This document shows, in pieces, positions 26,630 to 37,500 of a stretch of DNA of 64,000 nucleotides. Each line of letters starts with the position of its first letter. Position 1 is the first letter of the stretch. Origin of the DNA: an uncultured delta proteobacterium (GTDB lineage: Bacteria > Desulfobacterota > Desulfuromonadia > Geobacterales > DSM-12255). The notes under the pieces are model-generated. The model worked only from the letters and a program-made list of their open reading frames with translations, was not told where the DNA came from and did no database searches. Both the position numbers and the translations under genes were made by a program. The stretch covers positions 96,001 to 160,000 of the forward strand of contig CAWBBV010000023.1 of the NCBI GenBank assembly GCA_963787125.1, in the 5' to 3' direction.

Positions 26630-26998
26630 TTACCTCACCTCATGAGGCCTGACGGTCCAGACCTTTATCCCTTCCTGCCCGGCAACCGTCCGTAATCTCT
26701 TGGCAAAACGTTCATCCCCTTTTTCCCGCATGATCAGGACGATGCCCGGTTTCTTGCCGGTCATTTTGGCATAGAAGAGTGACTGACCGATAGCTTCGGC
26801 CCATTTATGGGCGTATTCAACTTCCACGGCGTATTCACTTGTCAGACAGTCCACTCTGGTGCCGTCGCTGAGGCGATATTCAAGTTCCCCATTATGCTTA
26901 TCACACCAGTAGCGCTGATAATCTTTTTCGTGAAGCTGCTTATTGCCGAAACAGCCGGAAATAAGAGCCATTGCAATGAGAAGCAGGAAGAGTTTCAC
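26630..26998 (-). CDS. Hypothetical lipoprotein with PD-(D/E)xK-like motif
   Basis: Lipobox ISGC; RVDCLT..AVEVE..WAEAIGQSLFY. Confidence 0.6.
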   Translation of the reverse strand: MKLFLLLIAMALISGCFGNKQLHEKDYQRYWCDKHNGELEYRLSDGTRVDCLTSEYAVEVEYAHKWAEAIGQSLFYAKMTGKKPGIVLIMREKGDERFAKRLRTVAGQEGIKVWTVRPHEVR

Positions 26999-27882
26999 GC
27001 TTTATCTACAGCACATATGCCGTTTACCGGGCAGAGATTGCAGCGCTGGGAATGGACACCGCTGCACCCCTCCGAAATGCCGAGATGACAGATTGAAAAG
27101 TCGTATCTGACCGGATCTTCAGGGGATAGATTCCTAAGCGCTGCAGTTATCTCACAGGCCATCTTCCAGTCTGCGTGCTTTCTGGCAGTGAAACCCAGAA
27201 GTCCGCAGATGCGCTGAATATGAGCATCAACAGGAATTACCAGCCTGGAAGAAGGTATCTGCTGCCAGATGCCCAGATCGATGCCGTCTTGAGGGCGCAC
27301 CATCCAGCGAAGGTACATGCAGAGCCGTTTACAGGCGCTTCCCGAGGCGGGGGAGGGGAAGAGAAAGCTGAAGTATGAATTTTCCGGCGGGGACGGACTT
27401 CCGAAAACAGGGGTGTAATCGAACGCCAGCACTGCTGCGGTAAACTTTGCCAGCGCACCGCTGACATCATTTTCCTGAGAATCGTAGCCGTTGCTGAAGA
27501 AGCTCTCAATCGAGCCCGCCTCCCTGAGCATCAGGCTGATTGCATAGAACAGGGCACAGAGGTCACGACCATCGTTGAAGCGATGCTTGAAGCCGGCGAA
27601 GAGTTTCAAGCCGTTGTCCGGATCAAAGCCTGCTGCAAAGGCGCGGGGCGAGGCATCCATAAGACTGAAAATGCTTTCCAGGTTGCGAAGGATGATCTTT
27701 ACATTGCCGTAGGCAAATGAGGAGGCGATGAGCCCCGCAATCTCCTGATCTTCCGGGTTCTTAAAGCGGTGGCAAAATGATAGGGGGTCGTTGGCCAGAT
27801 GGGATTGAGAGCGTGTTTCGTAGAGTCTGTCCAGCGTGACTTTCAGGTTATTACTGATTCCTGACTCCTGATCCCTGATCAC
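26995..27882 (-). CDS. TIGR02757/DUF2400 family protein (HhH-GPD-like)
   Basis: [35 protein letters not shown]. Confidence 0.85.
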   Translation of the reverse strand: MIRDQESGISNNLKVTLDRLYETRSQSHLANDPLSFCHRFKNPEDQEIAGLIASSFAYGNVKIILRNLESIFSLMDASPRAFAAGFDPDNGLKLFAGFKHRFNDGRDLCALFYAISLMLREAGSIESFFSNGYDSQENDVSGALAKFTAAVLAFDYTPVFGSPSPPENSYFSFLFPSPASGSACKRLCMYLRWMVRPQDGIDLGIWQQIPSSRLVIPVDAHIQRICGLLGFTARKHADWKMACEITAALRNLSPEDPVRYDFSICHLGISEGCSGVHSQRCNLCPVNGICAVDKA

Positions 27883-28334
27883 TGTTTTACGCCTTTGCGG
27901 CTTTCCAGTATAAACGTTACCGGCCCATCGTTGGTCAGGCTCACTTTCATGTCAGCCTGAAAAATGCCGGTGGCAACCGGCACGTCCAGTTCTCTGAGCT
28001 GATTTACAAACTCTTCATAAAGTCTCTTGCCTTCGTCCGGAGTTGCTGCGGCGGTAAAAGAGGGCCGCCGTCCCTTTTCACAGCTGCCGGCAAGGGTAAA
28101 CTGGGAGATGGCGAGGATGCTGCCGCTGATCTCCTTTAGGGAAAGATTCATCTTCCCGCCGCTGTCCTCAAACATCCGCAGTTCGACGATCTTTTTGGCC
28201 AGCCACGTGGCATCAGTCTCGGTGTCGCCTTTCTCAACGGCCAGCAGCACCAGCGTCCCGGCACTGATTTCACCGACCGTGACTGAGTCAACAACGACAC
28301 TTGCTGCACTGACCCGCTGAATAACAGCTTTCAT
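27879..28334 (-). CDS. dtd: D-aminoacyl-tRNA deacylase
   Basis: [19 protein letters not shown]. Confidence 0.95.
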   Translation of the reverse strand: MKAVIQRVSAASVVVDSVTVGEISAGTLVLLAVEKGDTETDATWLAKKIVELRMFEDSGGKMNLSLKEISGSILAISQFTLAGSCEKGRRPSFTAAATPDEGKRLYEEFVNQLRELDVPVATGIFQADMKVSLTNDGPVTFILESRKGVKQ

Positions 28335-28555
28335 TTGCCGCCTTTCAGAGCATTCAGGCGTTCCTGAGCTACCTTTGCGTTTGGCGAACCGGGATATTTG
28401 CTGAGGATCTCTTCGTAAAGCTTGACCGCATGTTCCTTATTATTCTGCTTCTCTTCAAACTGAGCTGTTTCCAGCTGTTGTGCACCTTTATCTGCGTTGC
28501 AACCGGAAGCATAAAGCGACAGAGCGGCTATCAGAACTAATAAAATCTTCTTCAT
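28331..28555 (-). CDS. Small TPR-like lipoprotein
   Basis: Lipobox [18 protein letters not shown]-like segment. Confidence 0.7.
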   Translation of the reverse strand: MKKILLVLIAALSLYASGCNADKGAQQLETAQFEEKQNNKEHAVKLYEEILSKYPGSPNAKVAQERLNALKGGK

Positions 28556-29403
28556 ACGATCAAACCCCGCAGTAATTCAAGATTTACACCGTCCATCTCG
28601 TCATTATCACCTTTTGGTGTCTCGAGTATCTTCGGAACAGCCATGAAGCGGGAATCATTGAGTAGCATCCGGAACGGCTCAAGGCCGAGAGTCCCCTGGC
28701 CGATATGCTCATGGCGGTCGACACGGGATTCAAATTCCTTTTTGGAGTCGTTCATATGGAAGCAGGCGAGCCGCGCCAGCCCAATTTCCCGGTCAAATTC
28801 GTCAAAAGTAGCCGCATACCCGGCAGCTGTTTTCAGATCATAACCGGCGGCAAAGGAGTGGCAGGTATCGAGGCAGACGCCGAAACGGTCAGGATAGTCC
28901 GAAGCTTCGATGATGGCTTTCAAGTGGCTGAAACGGAAGCCCAGATTTGTCCCTTGGCCGGCTGTATTTTCAAGGAGGACTTTGCCGGTAAATTCGGGGG
29001 TTGACGAAAAGAGCAGATTGAATGAGTCGCTGATTCTTTTTAGACCGGTAGCTTCGCCTTCGCCAAGGTGCGAGCCGGGGTGCATGACGATCTTGTCGAT
29101 GCCGAGGCGCGAGCAGCGCTGCATCTCCTCCTGAAAGGCGATCATGCTTTTGTCGCGCACCTCCCCCGGAGCCGAGGCGAGATTGACGAGATAGATGTCG
29201 TGTGAAACTACGTCCAGAATCCCGCTCGCTTCCCGGTTTTCCCGGAACAGCGTTGCCTCCGAATCGGTCGGCATCTTGCCCCGCCACTGGTTGGCGTTCT
29301 GGGTGAATATCTGGATAACGCTGCAGCCGGCAGCCCTGCCACGCTCCGGTGCGAGGTGAATTCCCCCGCTGATGGACATGTGTGCGCCGAGAAAATCCTT
29401 CAT
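28552..29403 (-). CDS. nfo: Endonuclease IV
   Basis: LGAHMSISGG, HPGSH, ENTAGQG, DTCH, HMNDSK, DRHEHIG, ETP. Confidence 0.95.
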   Translation of the reverse strand: MKDFLGAHMSISGGIHLAPERGRAAGCSVIQIFTQNANQWRGKMPTDSEATLFRENREASGILDVVSHDIYLVNLASAPGEVRDKSMIAFQEEMQRCSRLGIDKIVMHPGSHLGEGEATGLKRISDSFNLLFSSTPEFTGKVLLENTAGQGTNLGFRFSHLKAIIEASDYPDRFGVCLDTCHSFAAGYDLKTAAGYAATFDEFDREIGLARLACFHMNDSKKEFESRVDRHEHIGQGTLGLEPFRMLLNDSRFMAVPKILETPKGDNDEMDGVNLELLRGLIV

Positions 29404-29819
29404 GGGGTCTCCAGTTCATTTCTTATCAGTGCTATTCGTGCTGCGTATTCGGCGGCCATAAGCTCCAGCGGCTCATGTGCTTCGCTCCAGACAGGACGGG
29501 GCCATAAAGGGTCGGTGGCAAAACGGGGGATAATGTGCCAGTGCAGGTGCGGCACCATGTTGCCAAGCAGTTCGTAGTTGATCTTTGTCGGGTTGAAGGC
29601 TCGAAAGGTAGCGGCAGCAACGGCGTTCATCTCCTCGACGATGCCGCTTCTTGTTTCAAGGTCGAGGTGAAACAGTTCGGTAACGTGATTTTTGGCAAAG
29701 ACAAAACAGTAGCCACGGAAAAACTGGTCTCGGTTCAGCATGACATAGCAGTGATCGAGTTCCGCGATTTGCAGAGCCGGTTCATTATGCCATTTTGCAC
29801 ACATCGGACAGTCGGTCAT
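29400..29819 (-). CDS. HIT family protein
   Basis: CPMC; GNMVPHLHWHIIPR. Confidence 0.9.
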   Translation of the reverse strand: MTDCPMCAKWHNEPALQIAELDHCYVMLNRDQFFRGYCFVFAKNHVTELFHLDLETRSGIVEEMNAVAAATFRAFNPTKINYELLGNMVPHLHWHIIPRFATDPLWPRPVWSEAHEPLELMAAEYAARIALIRNELETP

Positions 29820-30658
29820 TAAAGGTCAATCTCCCCGGAAAACACCTCGGTCGCTGGCCCGGTCATGTACAGATTGCCATCACCTGCCCACTCCAGCTCC
29901 AGGTCGCCACCGGAAAGATGGTTCAGTATCCTGTTCTCGGTAAGTCCGTTCAGAACTCCGGCTACACAGACTGCGCTGGCACCGGTGCCGCAGGCCAGGG
30001 TTTCACCCGCGCCGCGCTCCCAGGTTCGCTGACGCACCTCTGTAGGAGAGATGATCTGAACGAACTCGACGTTTGTGCGTCTTGGGAAGATATCGTGGTT
30101 CTCAATGAGCTGGCCGTACTTTTCGACCTGAAAGTTTTCCACATCATTCAGGAAAATTACACAGTGTGGATTCCCCATGGAAACAGTGGTGATATGAAAC
30201 ACCGTGTGGAGGATGTTGAGCGGCTGATTGACTGTCTGGTCAGCTGCCGGTTCGCCGAGCATGGGGATTTCCGCTTTTGTCAGGCGTGGTCTGCCCATGT
30301 TGACACGGACACGATCGACTTTATTGTCAGTACCGGTGAAAAGCTGGAGAGTCAGGACCCCGGCTCCGGTTTCAGCGGAGATCTCTTTTTTGGAGACGAT
30401 GCCATGATCAAAAGCGTATTTTGCTACGCAACGGATGCCGTTACCGCACATCTCCGATTCAGACCCGTCCGAATTGAACATTCTCATCCGCACATCAGCT
30501 TTATCAGAAGGCATTATCAGGATAAGTCCGTCCGAGCCGATGCCGAAATTGCGGTTTGATACCTTTATGGCGACCTCAGCAGGATTTTCAACAGACTCTT
30601 CAAAACAGTTCACATAAACGTAATCATTGCCTGCGCCGTGCATTTTCGTGAATTTCAT
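29819..30658 (-). CDS. dapF: Diaminopimelate epimerase
   Basis: KMHGAGND, EMCGNGIRC, MGNPH, ERGAGETLACGTGA. Confidence 0.96.
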   Translation of the reverse strand: MKFTKMHGAGNDYVYVNCFEESVENPAEVAIKVSNRNFGIGSDGLILIMPSDKADVRMRMFNSDGSESEMCGNGIRCVAKYAFDHGIVSKKEISAETGAGVLTLQLFTGTDNKVDRVRVNMGRPRLTKAEIPMLGEPAADQTVNQPLNILHTVFHITTVSMGNPHCVIFLNDVENFQVEKYGQLIENHDIFPRRTNVEFVQIISPTEVRQRTWERGAGETLACGTGASAVCVAGVLNGLTENRILNHLSGGDLELEWAGDGNLYMTGPATEVFSGEIDL

Positions 30659-30799
30659 AGATATTACCACCTCTTTCGTATTGATTGGCTACCCTCATTG
30701 ATAGCAAAAATGGTTAGCGTCAACAAGTAAAAACGGGCAGGGCTTGACCTCATCGGTTATTTATGTCAAAAATTTACAGATCAAAAGGAGGCTTTTAAA

Positions 30800-31009
30800 A
30801 TGGAATTGAAAACTCGGATTTGGATGACCGGAAGTCTTGACTGGATGGCGTTAATTGACGGCAAGGAAACCTGGCTCGGCAAGCGGGATGTCCCTGCGCC
30901 TCTGGGCGAAGGTGATGCCTGGATTAACCAGTTAGGCGATTCCTTTAAGGTTATTGATGGCGAGATTATCCTGCTTGGACGGGTGGATCCGCCGGAGATA
31001 ACCTGGTAG
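30800..31009 (+). CDS. Small hypothetical protein
   Basis: 69-aa ORF with AAGGAGG RBS. Confidence 0.65.
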   Translation: MELKTRIWMTGSLDWMALIDGKETWLGKRDVPAPLGEGDAWINQLGDSFKVIDGEIILLGRVDPPEITW

Positions 31010-31071
31010 TATATTCTTGACAATAATGCTGCATGAATATAAAACCTGATTGTACAGTCAGGAGGTAAAAT

Positions 31072-31536
31072 ATGCGTCTATCAACCAAGAGCAGGTACGG
31101 CCTGCGGGCGATGTTTGATATAGCCTATAACTGCGGAGCCGGATCGACCCAGATCCAGGATATTTCGCGGCGGCAGCACATCTCGCAGCGCTACCTTGAG
31201 CAGATATTCCAGTCCCTGAAAAAGGCGGGAATTCTTACGAGCAAGAGGGGCCCGCAGGGTGGCTACATGCTTGCCCGCAAGCAGGAGGAGATTACTCTTG
31301 CCGAGATAATAAGAGCTACCGAAGGTGATCTGAAACTGGTCGAGTGTGCCCTGTCAGCGCGGCGCAAGGAAAAGTGCGAGTTCGATGAGGAGTGTGTTAC
31401 TCAGACGATCTGGCAGGGGGCGGAACTGCTTTTGACTGATTATCTGGCTGGAATGACCCTCCAGACTCTTTGTGATCGCGGCAAGGATATAGGGATACGC
31501 AAAGAAGGGGATGAGCTCTTTGCCTACTCTATCTGA
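31072..31536 (+). CDS. Rrf2 family transcriptional regulator
   Basis: LSTKSRYGLRAM, YLEQI, RGPQGGY, three C-terminal Cys. Confidence 0.92.
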   Translation: MRLSTKSRYGLRAMFDIAYNCGAGSTQIQDISRRQHISQRYLEQIFQSLKKAGILTSKRGPQGGYMLARKQEEITLAEIIRATEGDLKLVECALSARRKEKCEFDEECVTQTIWQGAELLLTDYLAGMTLQTLCDRGKDIGIRKEGDELFAYSI

Positions 31537-31715
31537 GCCACTATACGCTTTAAATATGTTGCTGGTGATCTGGAAGGGTGCTGCACCGACAACATGAATT
31601 GATTTTGCAAGCATATATTTCCACAACAAGCCGGGTGATTTGTTCATCCGGCTATTTTTATGGGTGCAGGTGTGATAAAAATCACACAGCAATTCGACCT
31701 TTTGGAGACCCATTC

Positions 31716-33359
31716 ATGCCAGATCTAAATATTCCCCGGACCCCATCTGCTTATGATTATCCGCTGCTGATCAAAAACATGCTGTTCTGCCCGGCAGTTG
31801 ATGCGCCGGAGCAGGAGATTGTCTACCGTGGCACGCTGCGCTTCAGCTATCGGCAGTTGAAAGAGCGGATCAGGCGGCTTGCCAACACTCTTGTTGATCT
31901 GGGTGTCAAGCCGGGTGATACGGTTGCGGTCATGGACTGGGACTCACACCGCTACCTTGAATGTTTCTTTGCAGTGCCGATGATCGGCGCGGTGCTGCAC
32001 ACGATTAACGTCCGGCTCTCACCCGAACAGATTCTGTACACAATCGATCATGCCGAAGACGATCTTCTCCTGGTAAACAGCGAATTTCTGCCGATTCTGG
32101 AACAGATCCGCGGACGGCTCGATACGGTCAAAAACTTCGTGCTTCTCAATGACGAACCAGTTACTCCGCACACAACCATTACCTTTGCCGGTGACTATGA
32201 GGAACTGCTTGCCAAGGCGGCGGTTGAATTCGAATTTCAGGACTTTAACGAGAATATCCGGGCAACGACATTCTATACCACCGGCACGACCGGCATGCCG
32301 AAAGGGGTCTACTTCAGTCAGCGGCAGCTGGTCCTTCATACAATGAGCGTTCTCGGGATGCTGGCATCAGCGGTTGGTCAGGGCAGTTTCAATTGCCATG
32401 ACGTGTACATGCCGATCACGCCGATGTTTCACGTGCACGCCTGGGGTCTGCCCTATGTGGCCACAATGCTGGGGGTAAAGCAGGTTTATCCGGGTCGCTA
32501 CGTCCCAGACACGCTCCTTGAGCTGATTGAAAAAGAGGGTGTGACCTTTTCCCATTGTGTACCGACCATCCTCCATATGTTGCTGAAACATCCCCATGCG
32601 CAGCGGATCGACCTCTCCCGCTGGAAGCTGATTATCGGTGGTGCTGCCATGTCCCGAACTCTCTGTCTTGACGCAATCAGCCGGGGGATCGATGTCTTTA
32701 CCGGTTATGGCATGTCCGAGACCTGTCCCATCCTGACGCTTTCACATTTGACACCTGAAATGCTGGCGCTCCCGGCGGAAGAACAGTCAATTATTCGCTG
32801 CAAAACCGGCAGGGCTATCCCCTTTGTTGAACTCAAGGTTGCCGGTGACGGACTGGCAGAACAGCCATGGGACGGCGTAAGTGTCGGAGAGATTGTTGTC
32901 CGTGCCCCCTGGCTTACGCAAGGGTATCTCAAGGATGTCAAGGCCTCGGAACGTCTCTGGGAAGGTGGTTATCTGCATACCGGTGACGTGGCGACCCGTG
33001 ATGAACTCGGTTTCGTAAAGATCATTGACCGGACCAAGGATGTCATCAAGGTTGCCGGAGAGTGGGTTTCGTCGCTGGAGCTGGAGGATATAATCGCCCA
33101 TCACCCGGCGGTTGCCGAAGTAGCGGTTATCGGTATTCCTGATGAGAAATGGGGAGAGCGGCCGTTAGCGCTCGTTGTACCTAAAGCAGAGGTCAGCAGT
33201 TCGGTGAAAGAAATTGCAGCTTATGTAAAGGGGTATGCTGACAAAGGGTTGGTGAGTAAGCAGGTTTTGCTGCTAAAGGTTCGTTTTGTGGAGCATATCG
33301 ATAAGACCAGCGTCGGCAAGGTCAGTAAGGTGGTCTTGCGGGAGAAGTATTCGTGCTAA
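31716..33359 (+). CDS. Fatty acid--CoA ligase (AMP-binding, AlkK-like)
   Basis: YTTGTTGMPKGV, GYGMSET, HTGD, DRTKDVIK. Confidence 0.9.
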   Translation: MPDLNIPRTPSAYDYPLLIKNMLFCPAVDAPEQEIVYRGTLRFSYRQLKERIRRLANTLVDLGVKPGDTVAVMDWDSHRYLECFFAVPMIGAVLHTINVRLSPEQILYTIDHAEDDLLLVNSEFLPILEQIRGRLDTVKNFVLLNDEPVTPHTTITFAGDYEELLAKAAVEFEFQDFNENIRATTFYTTGTTGMPKGVYFSQRQLVLHTMSVLGMLASAVGQGSFNCHDVYMPITPMFHVHAWGLPYVATMLGVKQVYPGRYVPDTLLELIEKEGVTFSHCVPTILHMLLKHPHAQRIDLSRWKLIIGGAAMSRTLCLDAISRGIDVFTGYGMSETCPILTLSHLTPEMLALPAEEQSIIRCKTGRAIPFVELKVAGDGLAEQPWDGVSVGEIVVRAPWLTQGYLKDVKASERLWEGGYLHTGDVATRDELGFVKIIDRTKDVIKVAGEWVSSLELEDIIAHHPAVAEVAVIGIPDEKWGERPLALVVPKAEVSSSVKEIAAYVKGYADKGLVSKQVLLLKVRFVEHIDKTSVGKVSKVVLREKYSC

Positions 33360-33379
33360 GGGAGACATCTTAACCATTA

Positions 33380-33754
33380 TCACTCGTCATTAGCTGATGA
33401 TTTCCTGAGTCTCTTGCCGGCTTTGACAGGTTTTATCGGTGCCTCAACCGGCTTGGTTATGGTTGGAACATCGTTTTTCATTGCCTGATTTGCCGACGGC
33501 TGAGTTGCATCAGGCGGCTTGAGCACAGATCTTGGCTGCTCAGGCTGAGGTGGCGTTGCATCGGTTGCGTCGGGGTACAAGGCCGTTGTTTTACTTTTAT
33601 AGCGGGCCGGGACCTCATAATCTTTATTGGTGTAATGAATATTCCCGCTGGAATCTGTCCATCTGTATACCATTGCCACTGCTGGTGATGCAAACAACAT
33701 CCCCAGCAGTAGCACCAGCGCATAAATCTGTTTTCTTAGCTCAATTCTCATCAA
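33380..33754 (-). CDS. DUF4124 domain exported protein
   Basis: Signal peptide + VYRWTDSSGNIHYTN. Confidence 0.8.
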   Translation of the reverse strand: MMRIELRKQIYALVLLLGMLFASPAVAMVYRWTDSSGNIHYTNKDYEVPARYKSKTTALYPDATDATPPQPEQPRSVLKPPDATQPSANQAMKNDVPTITKPVEAPIKPVKAGKRLRKSSANDE

Positions 33755-33781
33755 TCCAATATCCTTAACAGCATTAGACGC

Positions 33782-34411
33782 TCAATAATATGAGACGACC
33801 TCAAAATCCTTATCGACAATTTTGTCATAGCCTTTGCCGGCAAACCAGAAGGAATTTATTGCCCGATCATTTAATGAATAAATTGTCTGCAGCAGCTGAA
33901 TGTTCATAACCTTAACCTGCCTGCCGGTTTTGTCACTCAACGCTTCCTTCTGATTGCTATAGGTAACTGTTGCTGTCTGGTTTAAACGCTTGATTCCGGC
34001 GGTTACTCCGAGGTTTTCTGTTTTTGTAATCTGGAAAGTGGCGGATTTGGGGAACAGTTGGCGGAGTTTTCCGCCGAAATAGTCAATCTGTCCCGAAATG
34101 CGCAATATCTCTTCACTGGCTTTGCGCTCTGCGTCGGCCTGATTATATTTTGCATTATGTATGAGTTTCTCTCTGCTGTCAGTCACCAGCGCTGTAGTCA
34201 GGTTGGAAGCAGCGTACATGGCTTCCTTGTCACCGTTTTGAGCCCCCTGCAGGAACTTGAGCGCAAGCTCTTTATCCTTGGTCGTATCATTCAAAGTACT
34301 TTTGGTGCCTGTCTTGTCAGGCTGAACGGGCTGATTGCTTCCAGAACCGTTACAGCCGGCAATGGCGAACCCGAGCGCAATGATTGCAGTTAGCCAGACT
34401 TTTTTTGTCAT
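33782..34411 (-). CDS. Hypothetical lipoprotein
   Basis: Lipobox IAGC after MTKKVWL; last gene of the cytochrome cluster. Confidence 0.7.
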   Translation of the reverse strand: MTKKVWLTAIIALGFAIAGCNGSGSNQPVQPDKTGTKSTLNDTTKDKELALKFLQGAQNGDKEAMYAASNLTTALVTDSREKLIHNAKYNQADAERKASEEILRISGQIDYFGGKLRQLFPKSATFQITKTENLGVTAGIKRLNQTATVTYSNQKEALSDKTGRQVKVMNIQLLQTIYSLNDRAINSFWFAGKGYDKIVDKDFEVVSYY

Positions 34412-34495
34412 AGAATCTCCTGACTGGTTTTGGATTACTAAATTAAAATAATCCGGAGGCTGCATCACCCCCGGATTATTTGTTCTGTTTAGACT

Positions 34496-34533
34496 CTTTA
34501 CCTGTAGCGCGGCCAGCCGCGCTACAGGTAAAG
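34496..34533. repeat. Perfect 17-bp-stem hairpin (REP-like)
   Basis: CTTTACCTGTAGCGCGG-CCAG-CCGCGCTACAGGTAAAG. Confidence 0.75.
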
Positions 34534-34582
34534 CTGTTGTGAATCGGAGAGGGAAGGCGTTCGCCACCCCATCGTTTTCAGT

Positions 34583-37500
34583 TTACCACCAACGGTGAAC
34601 TGCCTTGATGTTAGGTACAGTGGAGTTGAGGTTGTTGTTGGATATTCCGTGGCAAACTACACAGAGCTCTTGCTTGCCAAGAGCCGTGCTGCGCGGTTCT
34701 GAGATCGAACCACCATTTGTTGCCATGTGACCCCTGGCATACTTCGTGTCGTGGCAGGCGGCACAGGCCGCTGCAATCGGTGAATTCACAAGGGTAGTGG
34801 TTTCAGCCTGGAATGTCCCTTGTGGTGGCAGCGTAACTTTTGTCCCATCAGCTTTGGTGATGGTTGAGTTCGGCATGCCTGGAGCGCCGGAGTTAAAGGC
34901 GAATGTAGCACCGTATTTAGTGCCTGCAGTCACGAACGGTGAGTAGTAGGTGCCTGGAATCGGTTCATTACCGGTTATGACAACACTGATTGGACTTGGT
35001 ATATTACCTGAGGCTACGGTCGTATACAGCATGCTGTCAAATATTCCATTATTGTTTGCTGTGTAGACACTGTTACTGAAGTCATACATGCCGGCGACAT
35101 GGCACTCTTCACAGTTTCTGAGAAGACCAGGGTAGGTAACCTGCCAGTATGCGGCACCTGCGGAGGACTCCCAACTGAACTTGTTCACACGCTTGCCTGC
35201 GCCATGGATAGAGTGGATGATATCCTTGGAGTTGACGGCCCAGCCGCTGTTGGTGCGGTTGACGTTGTGACAGAAGGTGCAGGTCGGGGCGTCATTGCGT
35301 TGGCCAGCATGGAAAGTCGGGTTGACGCCGAGCCTGCCGTGGCAGGCATTACATTTGGCATTATCAACAATCACACGACGAGCTGTGTAACCTGTGGCTA
35401 ATTTCCATTTATTATCGGACGGAACACTGAATCCGCCTTCACCGATTGGCAGGGTTACGCCATTTTTGGTCACTACGTAGGGGTAAGCCGCCAGGTCGGT
35501 CTGGGTAAGCGGCTGGGTAGTTGTGATGAACGGAACATATGGTGCGGTGCCGGCATACGAGCCTTTGGAATATGATCCAAGTCCGTAAGTATAGCCGATA
35601 CCACCGGTCATCATGACCGCGTTGTCAGGAACATTGACGTTCGTCAGGGTTACTGTGTAGTAGCCGCTGACAGGACCAGTGAGTGTGCCTGCCTGGGTTG
35701 GCTGATTAACGCTGGTTGCAGTGCCGTTCCAGAGGCGTTTCAGATAGGCGCTGGCAGTTGCATTGTAGTCAACCGGTGCGGTAATGCCGTCCTGTGGAAC
35801 AGCAAACGCAAAGTAGATACTTGGTGAGCCGACAAAACCGGCCAACAGTTCTGGACTCAGTGCCGGATCGTTGAAGGCGATATCAACCGGAGCACCAAGA
35901 ACGCCATTGGCATCCGCGGTGGCTACCTGGAACTTGAACTCCATGACCGGCTGTTTGCTGGTGTTTCTGGAAACACTCTTGATGACATAGCTTATGGCCT
36001 TGGCACCGGCAGGCAATCTGCTGAGGCTGGCAGCTGCGGTATAAGAAGCGTTGGTATTGCTGTTGATCGTCACCCCTTGCGCGGTAGCATTACTGTAACC
36101 GGCGAAGGCCCTGGAGACTGCGTTATCAGTAGCCGGAGGGGCGATAGGGAGATGCTTCAGGGAGACTATTGCGCTGCCATGGCAGGAAGAGCAGAGCTGA
36201 TCGTTTGCCTGACCACCCTGGTGGGTTGCGAAGTCGGTCGCATTGTGGCAGGAACCGCAGGATTTACGGCTCGGCTTGGTCATCCAGTTGGATACATCCT
36301 TGCCTTGATGACAGAGGGTGCAGTTCCTGATGTCCTGTGGATAGGTCTGCTCGCCGTAGGTAACCAGACCCTTAGGGATCGGTTTGAAGGATCCGCCATC
36401 ATTGAGTGTTTCACCCATATGGATGCGGTGGATAAAAGTTACAAATTCACCTTCGCCACCGGAGATCTGGTTGGTGTGACACATTACACAGAGTCTTGAA
36501 TCGGTTCGTGAGCCGGTGTGGCCGGAGAGGAAGTTGTTCGGGACTGCCAGAGCAAGCTTGTAGTGACACTGGCCGCAGGCGCCGGCGGTAACGATGTCAC
36601 GGGCAAAAGCCTGTTTGCCGGTGGTTGCATCGGTCAGCATCAAGCCTGTTGAGGGTGTGAAATCATAGAAAATGTTAGCAACATTGGGGCTTGTGAATAC
36701 TGCCTGTACAGCCCCGGTAAGCGGGTTGATCGGTCCGGCGTAACCGCCGGGAACGTTGACGTTACGGATTGAAATGCCAAGGCGATGGGTCAGGGTTGCA
36801 TCGTAGGCAATATTGACGTTGGCTGTAATATCAGCGCCAAAAGTTGCGGTATACGAGCCATCACCGTGATCGATGATTTTGTAGCCGTCAGCGGTTTTCA
36901 CGCCATTTACGTAGAGGTCAGCAGAATCAGCCGATGGATTGGTTAATGCGGACGTACCCCTGGCAGGTATTGCCGATAGCGGCAGGCCGGCGCTGATGTA
37001 GTTCTGCCAGAAGGAGTTGCTGCCGTTAACTTCAGGCATGAGCTTGGCGATATGGAGAGCAAAGGTTCTCAAGCCGGTTATGCCCTTGCCCGTGGCTTTG
37101 TTGACGACCGTAAAGTTGACGATCGGTTTCTTGGCGGGGATAAAGACACTCTGTATCTGGCCGTCAAGGGTAATGTTGTTCAGATCATTTACCGAGAACG
37201 TGCTTGCGTCAACCGCAGGAAGAAGGGCTCCGTTGGTGAGCGAGCCGGTCAGAGTAAGGCCACTGGTGTTGTAAGCCAGAACCTGGCCGCCGTTGGCTAC
37301 AACCTGTGCTGCTGCATCTGCATAGGTCTTGTTGACAGAATTAAGCGTCTGGCCGGTATCACCAAGGATGCCGGTCAAGCCGAGCATTGTTGAAACAGTG
37401 ATGGCAATATTGGTTGTGTCCTGACTGATGTTGATATTAACGCTGTTGCTGGCGCTGATGCCAGGCGCAGGCGGCGTGCTAAGGTCAATGGGGACGATAT

